IMG/VR virus record: IMGVR_UViG_3300032401_000010 | Length of the DNA stretch: 64,000 nucleotides | Source: a virus | Reading direction: 5' to 3' (one strand) | Shown here: piece by piece, positions 10,186 to 19,547 of the stretch | Layout: every line of letters begins with the position of its first letter | Position numbering within the stretch: the first letter of the stretch is position 1 | The notes under the pieces: generated by a model | Databases searched by the model: none | The model's input: the letters and a program-made list of their open reading frames with translations, nothing else | Told to the model about the DNA's origin: nothing | Program-made: the position numbers and the translations under genes

Positions 10186-10431
10186 CTATATTTTTACATC
10201 AAATATTTTAGATAACTTACTTAAATCAATTCTTTCAGGAAGATCTACTTTCATTTTTTCCTCAACATATGATTCAAAATCAAACACTTCGCCTTCTGTT
10301 CTTCTGCGGAATAATTCTTCCATACATTTAATAGCAAGATCTTTATTTGAATTAATTAATCTGTATGCTACAACATATGCCGCTAAAACTTTAGATGGCG
10401 CCGTTTTTATTTCATCATCATTATTTGTCAT
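10186..10431 (-). CDS. hypothetical small protein
   Basis: 81-aa ORF. Confidence 0.35.
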   Translation of the reverse strand: MTNNDDEIKTAPSKVLAAYVVAYRLINSNKDLAIKCMEELFRRRTEGEVFDFESYVEEKMKVDLPERIDLSKLSKIFDVKI

Positions 10432-10762
10432 TTTTATTCACTATAGCTATTAATTCTTTAAACGGTTTGAATCTTGGGAATATTTTCTTTTTATTATTAT
10501 TTACTTTTGGACTAGACATAAAGAATTTTCCTAATCCTCTTAACATCACTGTATTACTTTTTAACATTTGATTTCTTATTTCTTGAAAGAATAATTTGAT
10601 AATGATAGCTGAAGATTCTTCGTTAAGCCCAGTTGAAGCTTGAATTTTTGCTATTAATTCTTCTAACCCATCAGGAGTAACGGGAATATTGTCATCTACA
10701 GATTCTAAATATTCTGTAATTCCTGGTAGAAGATCTACTTCGTTTTCTTCAAAATCTGCCAT
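10421..10762 (-). CDS. hypothetical protein
   Basis: 113-aa ORF. Confidence 0.4.
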   Translation of the reverse strand: MADFEENEVDLLPGITEYLESVDDNIPVTPDGLEELIAKIQASTGLNEESSAIIIKLFFQEIRNQMLKSNTVMLRGLGKFFMSSPKVNNNKKKIFPRFKPFKELIAIVNKNDK

Positions 10763-10774
10763 ACTTCGTATATT

Positions 10775-10860
10775 ATTTGATCCTATTTGTATATAACAGA
10801 GATCTATTTGATCCTATTCGAATACTCTTCCGCGTACTCTTCCGCGAATTGTTCCGCGCG
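10775..10860. repeat. cluster of short direct repeats (ATTTGATCCTATT x2; TACTCTTCCGCG x2 plus TTCCGCG) in an intergenic region
   Basis: Seen directly in the 10775-10860 sequence between two minus-strand genes. Confidence 0.7.
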
Positions 10861-10889
10861 CACGTAGCAAATGTCATGCCAAATAAAAC

Positions 10890-11300
10890 TTAACTGGTTT
10901 GACGAATAACCATTTGAGTATTCTTTATTATTGCTTCCATTACAGCTAATACATTTTTGATATCTTTTGTTTCTATATTTTCTATATTCGAAACAAGATG
11001 TTTAACGGCTTTCAAATGATCTTCTAAATGAATTAATGAATTATCGAGCTGCGTATCTGCCGCTATTGGTTCTTTTTGATATGCCGAATCCGCTTCTCTT
11101 CGTAATAAATTATATGAATCTTCAAATGCCGAACTCTTCCCAATCATTAACCCCCTAGCATATGATGTTTTATCTTCATCTTTGTCATACTCTTCTTTTG
11201 AGGCTTCCTGTAAAGATCTAATAAAACCAGCAACTTTGTTAAAAGTTTCGTGTTGATGTTGATATTGTTTTTTTGTTAATAACATCGATGGTGATATCAA
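10890..11300 (-). CDS. hypothetical protein
   Basis: 136-aa ORF. Direct repeats lie in the downstream intergenic region. Confidence 0.4.
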   Translation of the reverse strand: MISPSMLLTKKQYQHQHETFNKVAGFIRSLQEASKEEYDKDEDKTSYARGLMIGKSSAFEDSYNLLRREADSAYQKEPIAADTQLDNSLIHLEDHLKAVKHLVSNIENIETKDIKNVLAVMEAIIKNTQMVIRQTS

Positions 11301-11443
11301 TATAAGTCGGTCAAATCTTAAGTCAAGACGGAAACTTTATTCAATTTTTTATAGAAATTTATTCTATCATTGTTTAGTTATAATAATGTACAAGTATTAT
11401 AAAAATTACCTAATTTAACAGAAATTAGCACCGGAGAACGGCT

Positions 11444-12373
11444 ATGGATATCATAATTAAACGTGGTGAGATAGTAAATTTAGAAGATTTACCACCTTGG
11501 TCTATAGCCTTGGACGGATTTGTACAAGGCCCTAAAATTGATACAGAAAATCATCGCTATAGTTTTGATCACCATGCCGGTTGTCTTAGATATTGCACAA
11601 CTAGCGCTTGTATGCAGGCTTGGACAGCAGTGTTATTAGGATTGGACGCAGACAAATATACGATATATGCAAATGATGTAGATGGCGATGTTTGTGCTGC
11701 AATATGGTGTTTGAAAAATCCTGAAAAATGTAGCGACCCCAGAGCTACTAAATTAATTAATGCTATGGGCCTTGGTGATATGCACGGCGGAGCCTTTCCA
11801 AATAACGGGATGACAAAAACAATCGAATGGGTCTGCTCCCCAGAGACAGATTCCAAAAGAGATCAAGACTATTGGAAGCTTTCCGATAATGGCTTGAATT
11901 CCATTTTGGAAGCCGTGCTACATCGAATAGATACATACGTAGAAGGTGAAGCAAGCATAGAGGTTTCCAAACAGCCTAAGCACGGCGAATATAAAATTAT
12001 TCGAAACGAAAATAATTGGGTGTTGGTCGAATCTACAGACCCACATGCTTTTAGCGCAATCTATCAAGCCGGGTTTGATAGAATCGTTTTGGCAAGACCG
12101 CAAGATGATAATTCTATAGCTTATTCAATTGCCAAAAAAAGCGACTTCATAGATCGTTTTCCGTTAGAAATAATGTATAGCAAATTAAATGAACTGGAGC
12201 CTGGTTGGGGTGGCGGCAGCACAATTGGCGGAGCCCCAAGGAATCATGACGGCTCTAGAAGTAAATTAACTATGGAACAAGTAGCAGAAATTATAGATGC
12301 AATTGTGGCCGAAGAACATATATCAAAAACAAAATCATCGCTTCCGCCAGATAAGATTACTTTACAGACTTAG
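11444..12373 (+). CDS. hypothetical protein with DHH-like and GGG-rich motifs (possible phosphoesterase); the only confident plus-strand gene in this neighbourhood
   Basis: GGAGAA ribosome-binding site 8 nt before the ATG. Motifs FDHHAG, VDGDVCAA and GWGGGSTIGGAPRNHDG resemble DHH-family motifs but in non-canonical order. Confidence 0.45.
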   Translation: MDIIIKRGEIVNLEDLPPWSIALDGFVQGPKIDTENHRYSFDHHAGCLRYCTTSACMQAWTAVLLGLDADKYTIYANDVDGDVCAAIWCLKNPEKCSDPRATKLINAMGLGDMHGGAFPNNGMTKTIEWVCSPETDSKRDQDYWKLSDNGLNSILEAVLHRIDTYVEGEASIEVSKQPKHGEYKIIRNENNWVLVESTDPHAFSAIYQAGFDRIVLARPQDDNSIAYSIAKKSDFIDRFPLEIMYSKLNELEPGWGGGSTIGGAPRNHDGSRSKLTMEQVAEIIDAIVAEEHISKTKSSLPPDKITLQT

Positions 12374-12662
12374 CATGTAGAAACTGAGAGAACCGCTTTC
12401 GAATGGAGGCTAGCATCCTCACAAAGAGTCCGTGCCTCAACCTCGTCTGTAAAAAGGACCAGATCAACAGGTTCAGTCTCTTGCTTATCTCGGCTTACCG
12501 AGCAATCTTTTAGAAATGTTTTTCTGGAGCAAGACTGGTAATCAATGGTTCTCCTGATCGAAGGGGCTGACGCTTCACCTCGAATCACTTCCTCGGTGTG
12601 TTTTTGACACAGACAGTTATCCTCCCATCGCGCCTCGGGACATAGCAATCTCATACACTTTA

Positions 12663-13100
12663 TCATTCGGCAACACCCCCATAAATTTTAATGAACGTAT
12701 AAGCATCTTCTCGTTTTTGGAACCACCAACCTGCATCGTAAATCTCGCCATCATTAAGACAGATAGAGCCATTGCGAGACCAATCACGCGAGTAGAACCT
12801 CCCCGTAGCAATATCATCAAATTCGCGCGTTATATCCTCGGACGATTTGTCAACTTTGTTTTTGATTGCAAGCTTTACAAATGGTGGATGACGATTTTTT
12901 TCGCCACTAGAATCCACAAAATCACATCCTGGATAACCATCTAACGACACTTCATGCCAATCCCACATCAATAATTTCTTTTTCCATCCGGCATTGTGCT
13001 CCATGTGCGTCTGCCCCGGAATGCATCTAGCCTCACATTCGACACATCTAGCATCACGCAAATCAGCTCGCTGGCTCGGATTGTGTTTAAATGATGTCAT
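12663..13100 (-). CDS. hypothetical protein encoded in a GC-rich island
   Basis: 145-aa ORF in a roughly 50% GC segment. Possible Cys-active-site motif (NGSICLNDGEIYD) with weak L,D-transpeptidase-like resemblance. Confidence 0.35.
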   Translation of the reverse strand: MTSFKHNPSQRADLRDARCVECEARCIPGQTHMEHNAGWKKKLLMWDWHEVSLDGYPGCDFVDSSGEKNRHPPFVKLAIKNKVDKSSEDITREFDDIATGRFYSRDWSRNGSICLNDGEIYDAGWWFQKREDAYTFIKIYGGVAE

Positions 13101-13325
13101 GATTTGATGCTCCTAATAAAAACGTCGTAGTTGTCCCTGTGCCAGCTCCGTTGCACCCGGTCGTGACCCTCATGCGCTCGCCGAACAGACTAGCGCCATC
13201 GTATCGTCCCGGCGCTTGTGACATGTTGGCGTAGCCCATGTATGTCGCGAACAGCAGCGCGATGATGTCCGGATCGGAGGTGCCAACGACGAGGCTATGC
13301 GCCGGAATGTAATAGGCGTTCATCG

Positions 13326-14375
13326 TCATTTTGTCAAAAAACCTTCGCCATGAAGTTTTAATATTACTCGCCCAAGTTTATCATGTCTGCGCTCAAACAC
13401 AGGGCGAATAACCACGCCTTCTCGAACGTGTTTGTTATCTAATGTTGAACTGCCTTCAGCAAGCTCATAAGCTTTCTCTTTATTCCATGGCCCCATATAA
13501 AGAACAGGAGCTATAGGCAAATCAAGAGCGTTAGTTATAGAAATAAACTCATCAAAATCTACATACCTCCGAAGATTACGATCATATATATCAAATAATC
13601 TAAGACCAGCCTCACCGCGCTTGACACTATATGGAAAACCTCCGGTGTAACCACATGTCTCACCATAGATAACAATTTTTCTATTGTTAGCCGCCTGCCA
13701 TGACGCAAGCTTATTTTCTAAATTATAAAGCTCAGCGGCCTTGCCCCAGCCACCAATACCACTTTTCTTTACATTAGTTCTAGAACCAATCCATAAACGA
13801 TTATCTTCATAACAAAATCTTGCGTTTTCTCCATGAATCTTTTCGACCATAATTACTTCTTCGCCATCAACAAAAATATTTTTCCAGCGCCTTAATCCTT
13901 CAACATCAGTATACGTAGGCATGTAATGATAATCAGGCTCATTCAGTCTTGTGTCGCCAAAGTTATATCCCTCATCTGGTGGCGGCTCATATTTATCAAT
14001 ACCTAACTTTTCCCTAACGTCTTCGCCTTCAACCATGCCTTCGTCAGCATGAATAAGTAAACCCATGCTAAATACACCACGAAGGCGCCTAGCTTTAATC
14101 CTGCGATACTTTGCTGGTACTTGACCAATGGGAGGCGTAGGCTCTTTTATATTTCCTTCCTTGTCCTTTTTCGGAGGAGGAGCAAGGAAGTAGAATTTTT
14201 CATTATCTGGACATAAACTATCTACCGGAATATAAACAACTAAATCTCCAGGCTTAAATTCTCCAAGTCTAACGATAGCAGGATAGTCCGCTACCTTAGT
14301 AATACCTAAGGTGTCGGCATCGGGATGTTTCGTAATTTCCCCAATACGAACAACTTCTATATGAAATTCGGTCAT
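13326..14375 (-). CDS. RNA ligase with N-terminal tRNA-binding OB (Myf/EMAP-like) domain
   Basis: N-terminus IGEITKHPDADTLGITKV resembles the HP(D/N)ADKL tRNA-binding OB fold. The nucleotidyltransferase motif I is MVEKIHGENARFCY (KxHG(E/T)N, as in Rnl2, DraRnl and NgrRnl). Confidence 0.6.
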   Translation of the reverse strand: MTEFHIEVVRIGEITKHPDADTLGITKVADYPAIVRLGEFKPGDLVVYIPVDSLCPDNEKFYFLAPPPKKDKEGNIKEPTPPIGQVPAKYRRIKARRLRGVFSMGLLIHADEGMVEGEDVREKLGIDKYEPPPDEGYNFGDTRLNEPDYHYMPTYTDVEGLRRWKNIFVDGEEVIMVEKIHGENARFCYEDNRLWIGSRTNVKKSGIGGWGKAAELYNLENKLASWQAANNRKIVIYGETCGYTGGFPYSVKRGEAGLRLFDIYDRNLRRYVDFDEFISITNALDLPIAPVLYMGPWNKEKAYELAEGSSTLDNKHVREGVVIRPVFERRHDKLGRVILKLHGEGFLTK

Positions 14376-14391
14376 TTGTTTTTCTTTTTTG

Positions 14392-14463
14392 AGCTGGTGA
14401 AGGGATTTGAACCCCTGACCGGTAGCTTACAAAACTACTGCTCTACCCCTGAGCTACACCAGC
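14392..14463 (-). tRNA. tRNA-Thr (anticodon UGU); no encoded CCA
   Basis: Minus-strand sequence GCTGGTGTAGCTCAGGGGTAGAGCAGTAGTTTTGTAAGCTACCGGTCAGGGGTTCAAATCCCTTCACCAGCT folds as a cloverleaf: 7-bp acceptor stem, D arm GCTC/GAGC, anticodon stem GTAGT/GCTAC with loop TTTGTAA, and T arm AGGGG-TTCAAAT-CCCTT. Confidence 0.85.
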
Positions 14464-14499
14464 ATGTGTTTTTATAATCTAACCATCCGCAACCGAATG

Positions 14500-14841
14500 T
14501 CAACCCCCTCTTTTTCTTTCTATAAAATAATTTTCGTAATAGAATGCTAGTTCTTTACCAGAAATATATGTCTCTACAACATTTGCTGCTACAATAAATG
14601 GATCATCTTCCGCCCTTACTGTTCTATTGAACAACCAAATTAGCCGGTGCCTTCTGTCTTCTGGCAGATTAGTATCGGCCTCAAATTTTTCTATTAAGAA
14701 CAAACCGATACAATACAAATCAATTGTACGTTGGTTTGCTCTCCATTGAGGAGGTTGCCCCTCTCTCATTTTTGCTTCGAACCTTGCTTTATGAGGCTCA
14801 AGTTCAAGTAGTAATTGTTCTTTATTATACAAATTGACCAA
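14500..14841 (-). CDS. hypothetical protein
   Basis: 113-aa ORF. Confidence 0.4.
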   Translation of the reverse strand: MVNLYNKEQLLLELEPHKARFEAKMREGQPPQWRANQRTIDLYCIGLFLIEKFEADTNLPEDRRHRLIWLFNRTVRAEDDPFIVAANVVETYISGKELAFYYENYFIERKRGG

Positions 14842-15427
14842 GAATTATTTTAGCAAGAAATTTTGAATCTAACTTTTTAATTGCTTGCTCAATGATTGCA
14901 CCATGATCAAAAGCAATTTCTGAACATTCTGTAACATCACACCACGCAACTTCTTGTGCGTCATCTGCCGCTTTTGGATTAACACTATTTATATCAATTA
15001 CAGACGAGTACGCATGTGAAATGACTCGTCCTCTTGGATCTCTTTCAGGAGCATCAAACACTCCAACAAAAATATGAATTGCCCCAGCGCTGCGCTGTCC
15101 AGCACAAGCATATAGATCAATGCCAGTCTCTTCTAGCACTTCTCTAATAGAAGCATCACTAATAGTTTCATCCATATCCACAAATCCTCCAGGCAAAGCC
15201 CAGCAATTTTGAAAAGGTGGATTCTTTCTTTTTATTAATAATACTTTCAAACCATTGCCAGGCTCATCTAAACGTTTTTTTGTATCAATGCCAAATATCA
15301 CATGGTCTACGGTAACACTTGGTCTTGGAAAGTTGTAAGCGTAATACTTCTTTCCATCAATTTCAATTATCTTATCATCTGTTTGCGGCATTTTGTTTTT
15401 TCTTTCAGTAAATTGATCGTCTGTCAA
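14825..15427 (-). CDS. Nudix hydrolase
   Basis: Canonical Nudix box GGFVDMDETISDASIREVLEETGI (Gx5Ex7REVxEExGI). Confidence 0.75.
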   Translation of the reverse strand: MTDDQFTERKNKMPQTDDKIIEIDGKKYYAYNFPRPSVTVDHVIFGIDTKKRLDEPGNGLKVLLIKRKNPPFQNCWALPGGFVDMDETISDASIREVLEETGIDLYACAGQRSAGAIHIFVGVFDAPERDPRGRVISHAYSSVIDINSVNPKAADDAQEVAWCDVTECSEIAFDHGAIIEQAIKKLDSKFLAKIILGQFV

Positions 15428-15447
15428 ACCATAACAGACGGCAAGCC

Positions 15448-15684
15448 TTATTTAATTTCAAAACTTGGAATAATAATAGTTGTTGCTGACTCTGGCATAA
15501 ATTGATCATCTGTTAAATCAGAGAGAATATAGAGCGTATTATATCTTGATTCAATAAAATCGAACAGGTTCATTATTGAAACCACAAGTTCCACTTCTTC
15601 AAGCTCTTTGTTAAGTAGTAATGCGTTAAACTCTTCTTCCAGAACTTTTGTCTGCTTTTTATATTCACCTATAGTTTGTGGCAT
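15448..15684 (-). CDS. hypothetical small protein; its start region sits inside a 29-bp tandem duplication
   Basis: 78-aa ORF. Its N-terminal codons MPQTIGEYK appear twice in the DNA at about 15658-15713. Confidence 0.35.
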   Translation of the reverse strand: MPQTIGEYKKQTKVLEEEFNALLLNKELEEVELVVSIMNLFDFIESRYNTLYILSDLTDDQFMPESATTIIIPSFEIK

Positions 15685-15713
15685 TTTATATTCGCCTATA
15701 GTTTGTGGCGTTT
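15658..15713. repeat. 29-bp tandem duplication covering the start of ORF 15448..15684
   Basis: tatattcacctatagtttgtggcatttta and tatattcgcctatagtttgtggcgtttta. Confidence 0.75.
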
Positions 15714-15846
15714 TAAGAATTTCATATGCGTTCTGTCATACTTCCACACATCTCCGCCTAACCAACGAACATGAGTTGTTCTTTTGGTAGATTTTATTAC
15801 AGTGCCAAAGCGCCATGGCCACCATTCATCTACAACTTTTGTTTTA

Positions 15847-16671
15847 TTAGTAAGCAACATTTAACTCTGGCTTCTTTGCTGTGCCTTGAACACGAATTAA
15901 TCTACCAAGACTTCCATCCTCTTCAAAGACTTGAGCCGTTAGAATACCAGTATCATACACAGCCGAGTCTAAATTGCAAGAAAATTTATAGAATTTCGCC
16001 TCGCCGTCTTTTTGAGCGGCATGACCAGAAGCAATATATCCAAAACGACCATCATATTTTTGATGCCACGAATCTCCGCCCTCTTTAGATTTAACTAAAG
16101 TGGATACTCCATTGATATCTTTCCAGATAAGAGGAATCATTCTACCATCTTCATCAACGTCTCTTACATAAACTACCTCAATATCTTTCTTGATATCGCC
16201 CCAGGTATGATGCGGAGTGACGCCAGCATGAACCACGGTAAGACGGGATCCGCTTTCAAACTGAAATGATAAAGCCAAAGGCTGGCGCCTCCACCAAATC
16301 AAAGCCTCACTCGGATCTTTCTTTGACTTCCGAATATGCTTAATTTCATGGTTGCCAGGGACGGCCCAGCCAACGCCACGCTTACGCAGAGTCATAAGCT
16401 CTTGCGTCATAGCCTCGGCTGTTTTCATACCAAAGCCTTTATCATATATGTCCCCTACTGATACAACCCACATTTTTCTGGAAGGATCAATCTCATTCAT
16501 CATCTTTTGAAATTGTTCTGGGTGCTCATGCACGTCTCCAAATACGGCAATTTTAGTGCCGTATGGAACTTCAATGTTGAGGTAATCCTCTGCTTTTGTT
16601 TCTGTTTTGCTCATTTTATTTCCTTCTTTTATGGTTATTTTTGTATAATGTTGATGAAAAAAATAGCTCAA
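15847..16671 (-). CDS. calcineurin-like metallophosphoesterase (lambda-phosphatase/PrpA-like); candidate RNA end-healing phosphatase
   Basis: Motifs VFGDVHEHPEQF (GDxHG-like), GDIYDKG (GDxxDRG) and GNHE. Confidence 0.7.
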   Translation of the reverse strand: MSYFFHQHYTKITIKEGNKMSKTETKAEDYLNIEVPYGTKIAVFGDVHEHPEQFQKMMNEIDPSRKMWVVSVGDIYDKGFGMKTAEAMTQELMTLRKRGVGWAVPGNHEIKHIRKSKKDPSEALIWWRRQPLALSFQFESGSRLTVVHAGVTPHHTWGDIKKDIEVVYVRDVDEDGRMIPLIWKDINGVSTLVKSKEGGDSWHQKYDGRFGYIASGHAAQKDGEAKFYKFSCNLDSAVYDTGILTAQVFEEDGSLGRLIRVQGTAKKPELNVAY

Positions 16672-17103
16672 TCCGATCCTGGTAAATTAATGGGAACATA
16701 CGTCGCGTTCCTTAGAGCCTTATATATTATTCATCAAAATGGTCATTGGAAATGTAAAGGGCCTAATTTTTATGCTCATCACTTAATGTTGGAGAGAATA
16801 TATAAGTCAGCAGCAGAAGACGCCGATTTGGCTGCCGAAAAAACAATTGGGTTATTTGGTAATGATTCCATCAATCTGCCTGCTCAATCTAAATTGATAC
16901 AACAAATTACAGAAAGATATTCTTCAGATAATCATATTGAGAATTCATTAAAAGCAGAGAAAGATTTTATCATTCTTTCGAAAAAAATATATAACACGTT
17001 AAAAGAAGCCGACTCTCTCAGTTTAGGATTAGACGATGCCATCATGTCTATTTCTAGCAATAGAGAGGGGAATATTTATTTGTTACAACAATCTTTAGCG
17101 TGA
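16648..17103 (+). CDS. Dps/ferritin-like protein
   Basis: YIIHQNGHWKCKGPNFYAHHLMLERIY matches the Dps signature (HNYHWNVKGPNFFALHELLEE). The start was placed at the in-frame ATG at about 16648, because the track's upstream extension overlaps the convergent phosphoesterase gene. Confidence 0.55.
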   Translation: MLMKKIAQSDPGKLMGTYVAFLRALYIIHQNGHWKCKGPNFYAHHLMLERIYKSAAEDADLAAEKTIGLFGNDSINLPAQSKLIQQITERYSSDNHIENSLKAEKDFIILSKKIYNTLKEADSLSLGLDDAIMSISSNREGNIYLLQQSLA

Positions 17104-17625
17104 TTGTATTGCCGCTGGCGTTACAGCCCCTTCTGGCGTTTTTGTTCCTATCGCGTCATTTATGGATTTTATTGCTAACATTACAAGTCTTTTTGCCTTC
17201 ATTGGATTATTATCTATATCACTTACTGCCGAATGTAAAGCGCTTAAAGCAAAATCCAATTCATCATTTTTTTCAAAATCTTCAGCTTTAATTTTATTTT
17301 CAATATATTTATTTACGGCATGAGGGACCTGAACTTCAGTCTTTGGCTGTTGTGCTATTTTTAGGAATCTGCTAAATTTCCTAGAAACTTTTTTCATCTT
17401 TATAATATCTAACACATCTAATATATTATCTCTTGCCGCCTCTAAATTATTAGAATCAATATTGGATAATGCAGAATGAAGAGGAGCTACAATAGCATAT
17501 TCTGTAGTTTCTTCACCGCCTGACCATGGAGTTAAATCTTCCTTTTCTCTTTCGTCAATTATATTAGTGATTTCATCATTATTATATTTAGAGAATTTTT
17601 TTGCAATGTTAATCATTTGATTCAT
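17095..17625 (-). CDS. hypothetical protein
   Basis: 176-aa ORF. Confidence 0.45.
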   Translation of the reverse strand: MNQMINIAKKFSKYNNDEITNIIDEREKEDLTPWSGGEETTEYAIVAPLHSALSNIDSNNLEAARDNILDVLDIIKMKKVSRKFSRFLKIAQQPKTEVQVPHAVNKYIENKIKAEDFEKNDELDFALSALHSAVSDIDNNPMKAKRLVMLAIKSINDAIGTKTPEGAVTPAAIQSR

Positions 17626-17650
17626 AATAATTATGAGTATTTATGCGTAA

Positions 17651-17932
17651 TCAACCTATTATCCTTCTTGGATCGCGGAGTTTAAGATACTCGTAAAATT
17701 CCTTGTCTAAAATAAATTCCGCCCCATCTATACCCATATTTTTTTCTACAAGCTTCATTTCAATAAGCTCTTTTAAAGGACGATAAGGAGCACTTTTACT
17801 AAGAACCAAAGCTTTAGCAATATCAAAAGCTGTTACTGGCGCGGTTTGTCGAAGTAAGAATTCTACAATATCATTTCTTAAAGTAGGAAAGCGCCCAGTA
17901 TAATGCGTTCTAGCATTTAATTTAGGTTTCAT
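17651..17932 (-). CDS. hypothetical small protein, possibly winged-helix DNA-binding
   Basis: 93-aa ORF; helix-rich segment AFDIAKALVLSKSAPYRPLKELIE. Confidence 0.35.
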   Translation of the reverse strand: MKPKLNARTHYTGRFPTLRNDIVEFLLRQTAPVTAFDIAKALVLSKSAPYRPLKELIEMKLVEKNMGIDGAEFILDKEFYEYLKLRDPRRIIG

Positions 17933-18561
17933 TCTCCTAATCCCATAAATTTAGTAAACTTTCTCGCGTAAATCTCGTCTTTTGCAGCATTTGATGAATA
18001 ATAGGAAATATAGGTTCCGAGTTGATCGCTTAGCATATGATACAGCTCATGAGAGAAAACTGTCCTGAATTCTGGGGTAAACACATCGTTACGAATATAA
18101 ATATAATCTTCCTCGCGGTCTACATATCCAAAAAAACTTAGCTCTTTTCCCTCTTCATTGTAGAATTTTGGGCGTGTTTTGAACCTAATATCATCGTTTA
18201 AGTTTCCCGGAGCCATTCCATCCTCATAGACGTTGTAAGGGATGATAGAAACAGATGCGTGAAAGGAGGTATTGAATGGTTCAGGCAACTGCTCTTCCTT
18301 TAGAAATTGAGGAAAGGCCTTAATTGCCGCTGTGCAAATCTCGGTAAGGCGTTTGATACCTAGTGCAGAGGGGCGGGTTCCAGAAAACTGTCCAGTACGC
18401 CATTCAAGAATTGTTAAATGACAAGCCGGAATTTCGATTTGAGTATTCAATCGCTGTTGTTCACTAGGAAATGTTAACGGATTAGCAAGCGCAGAGCTTG
18501 TAATGGTAATCAAAGCGGCGATAACAAATATAATGGTCTTCATATTTGTTAATTTAACCAC
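17929..18561 (-). CDS. secreted protein with HExxH motif (putative Zn-metallopeptidase)
   Basis: N-terminal signal peptide MKTIIFVIAALITITSSALA and the motif SHELYHM. Confidence 0.45.
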   Translation of the reverse strand: MVKLTNMKTIIFVIAALITITSSALANPLTFPSEQQRLNTQIEIPACHLTILEWRTGQFSGTRPSALGIKRLTEICTAAIKAFPQFLKEEQLPEPFNTSFHASVSIIPYNVYEDGMAPGNLNDDIRFKTRPKFYNEEGKELSFFGYVDREEDYIYIRNDVFTPEFRTVFSHELYHMLSDQLGTYISYYSSNAAKDEIYARKFTKFMGLGE

Positions 18562-18591
18562 GCCTTAGCTAAAGTCAAGGGCTCCATATGA

Positions 18592-18852
18592 TCAGCCATA
18601 ATTTTCTATTTTTCTTTCTTCTATTGAAGATTGTAATGCGGCGAACACATTAATATTTAATTTTTTTGATAGAAAAGAAAGAGCAAATAATATTTCTCCC
18701 ATGGATTCCGCTTCATTTGTTTCCAGAACTTTAGCATCTACAATATTATCTATATTTTGTCGCAAAATTTGTAAAGCGATTTTATAATTTATTTTCTCTA
18801 AACTATGTGATAAATTTTCTGCTTCTTCCCATAATTGTTCAAAATGCTTCAT
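18592..18852 (-). CDS. hypothetical small protein
   Basis: 86-aa ORF bounded by a hairpin terminator downstream and a TTGACA element upstream. Confidence 0.4.
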   Translation of the reverse strand: MKHFEQLWEEAENLSHSLEKINYKIALQILRQNIDNIVDAKVLETNEAESMGEILFALSFLSKKLNINVFAALQSSIEERKIENYG

Positions 18853-18877
18853 TGTTTATAGATATAACAGCACAAAT

Positions 18878-18912
18878 GACAAAAGGACGGCCATTTCTGA
18901 CCGTCCTTGTCA
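18878..18912 (-). terminator. rho-independent terminator after the H1-like gene, overlapping a TTGACA element
   Basis: Minus-strand hairpin AAGGACGG-UCAGAAAUGG-CCGUCCUU followed by UUUUGUCAUUUG. Confidence 0.5.
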
Positions 18913-18930
18913 AGCGTTAAGCAACTAACA

Positions 18931-19500
18931 TCAGGCGAGGATGTAGCGCGTCTTTCCCTTGGTTCCTTCACCGCGCACAGCACCTTCCTTTTTCATACCG
19001 TAAAGATACGTATTTAGCGTTCCCCCAGTAACAGGATTGCCCTGAGCAGCAAGTTTATCCTGAATGTCCGAAACACGAAGGCCTTCCTTACCGACGCTCT
19101 TCAAAATTGCTGAAATCTTACCCTTCCAATCTGGACGATTCTGGCTTTGAGCCTGAGCGGGCTCAGAAACACTCGGTTCATTCTGAGCCTTCGGAACCTT
19201 CGGAGCCTTCGGTGCCTTCGGAGCCTTTGACTCCTCTTCCTTCTTAGCATTCTTTGAGCCCTTGGGACGCCCGCGAGTCTTACCCGTGGTTGAAGGACTA
19301 AATGAACGAAGCGCAGAAACAAGCTTCTCTGCCTCAGAGGCAGCAATAGCCATGCGCTGCGTTGCCATAGAACGGAATTCCGGGTCTGTTTCGAAAAGAT
19401 CGGCAAGAACTGACAGTTGCGTAGCATTGAGTGACATTTGTTTTTTTTCCTTTGTGAGAGAGTGATTTGAGGCGCGTTTCGCCTTCAACAACATCAACAT
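18931..19500 (-). CDS. basic DNA-binding protein with AT-hook-like GRPKG, KAPKAPK repeats and a histone H1/H5-like winged-helix C-terminus
   Basis: GRPKGSKN AT hook, (KAP)n repeats, and a C-terminal segment ISAILKSVGKEGLRVSDIQDKL resembling a linker-histone globular domain. The gene sits in a locally GC-richer segment, with a hairpin-plus-T-tract terminator immediately downstream. Confidence 0.4.
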   Translation of the reverse strand: MLMLLKAKRASNHSLTKEKKQMSLNATQLSVLADLFETDPEFRSMATQRMAIAASEAEKLVSALRSFSPSTTGKTRGRPKGSKNAKKEEESKAPKAPKAPKVPKAQNEPSVSEPAQAQSQNRPDWKGKISAILKSVGKEGLRVSDIQDKLAAQGNPVTGGTLNTYLYGMKKEGAVRGEGTKGKTRYILA

Positions 19501-19547
19501 AACCCATCTTAAGCTTATGTCAACTAGCTTTGGCTGTTTTTTTAGAA

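Noticed and set aside
19101-19465. ORFs 19101..19427 (-) and 19262..19465 (+) inside the H1-like gene
   Set aside because: Alternative frames of a locally GC-rich, Lys/Ala/Pro-repeat gene, with Arg/Leu-rich artefactual translations.
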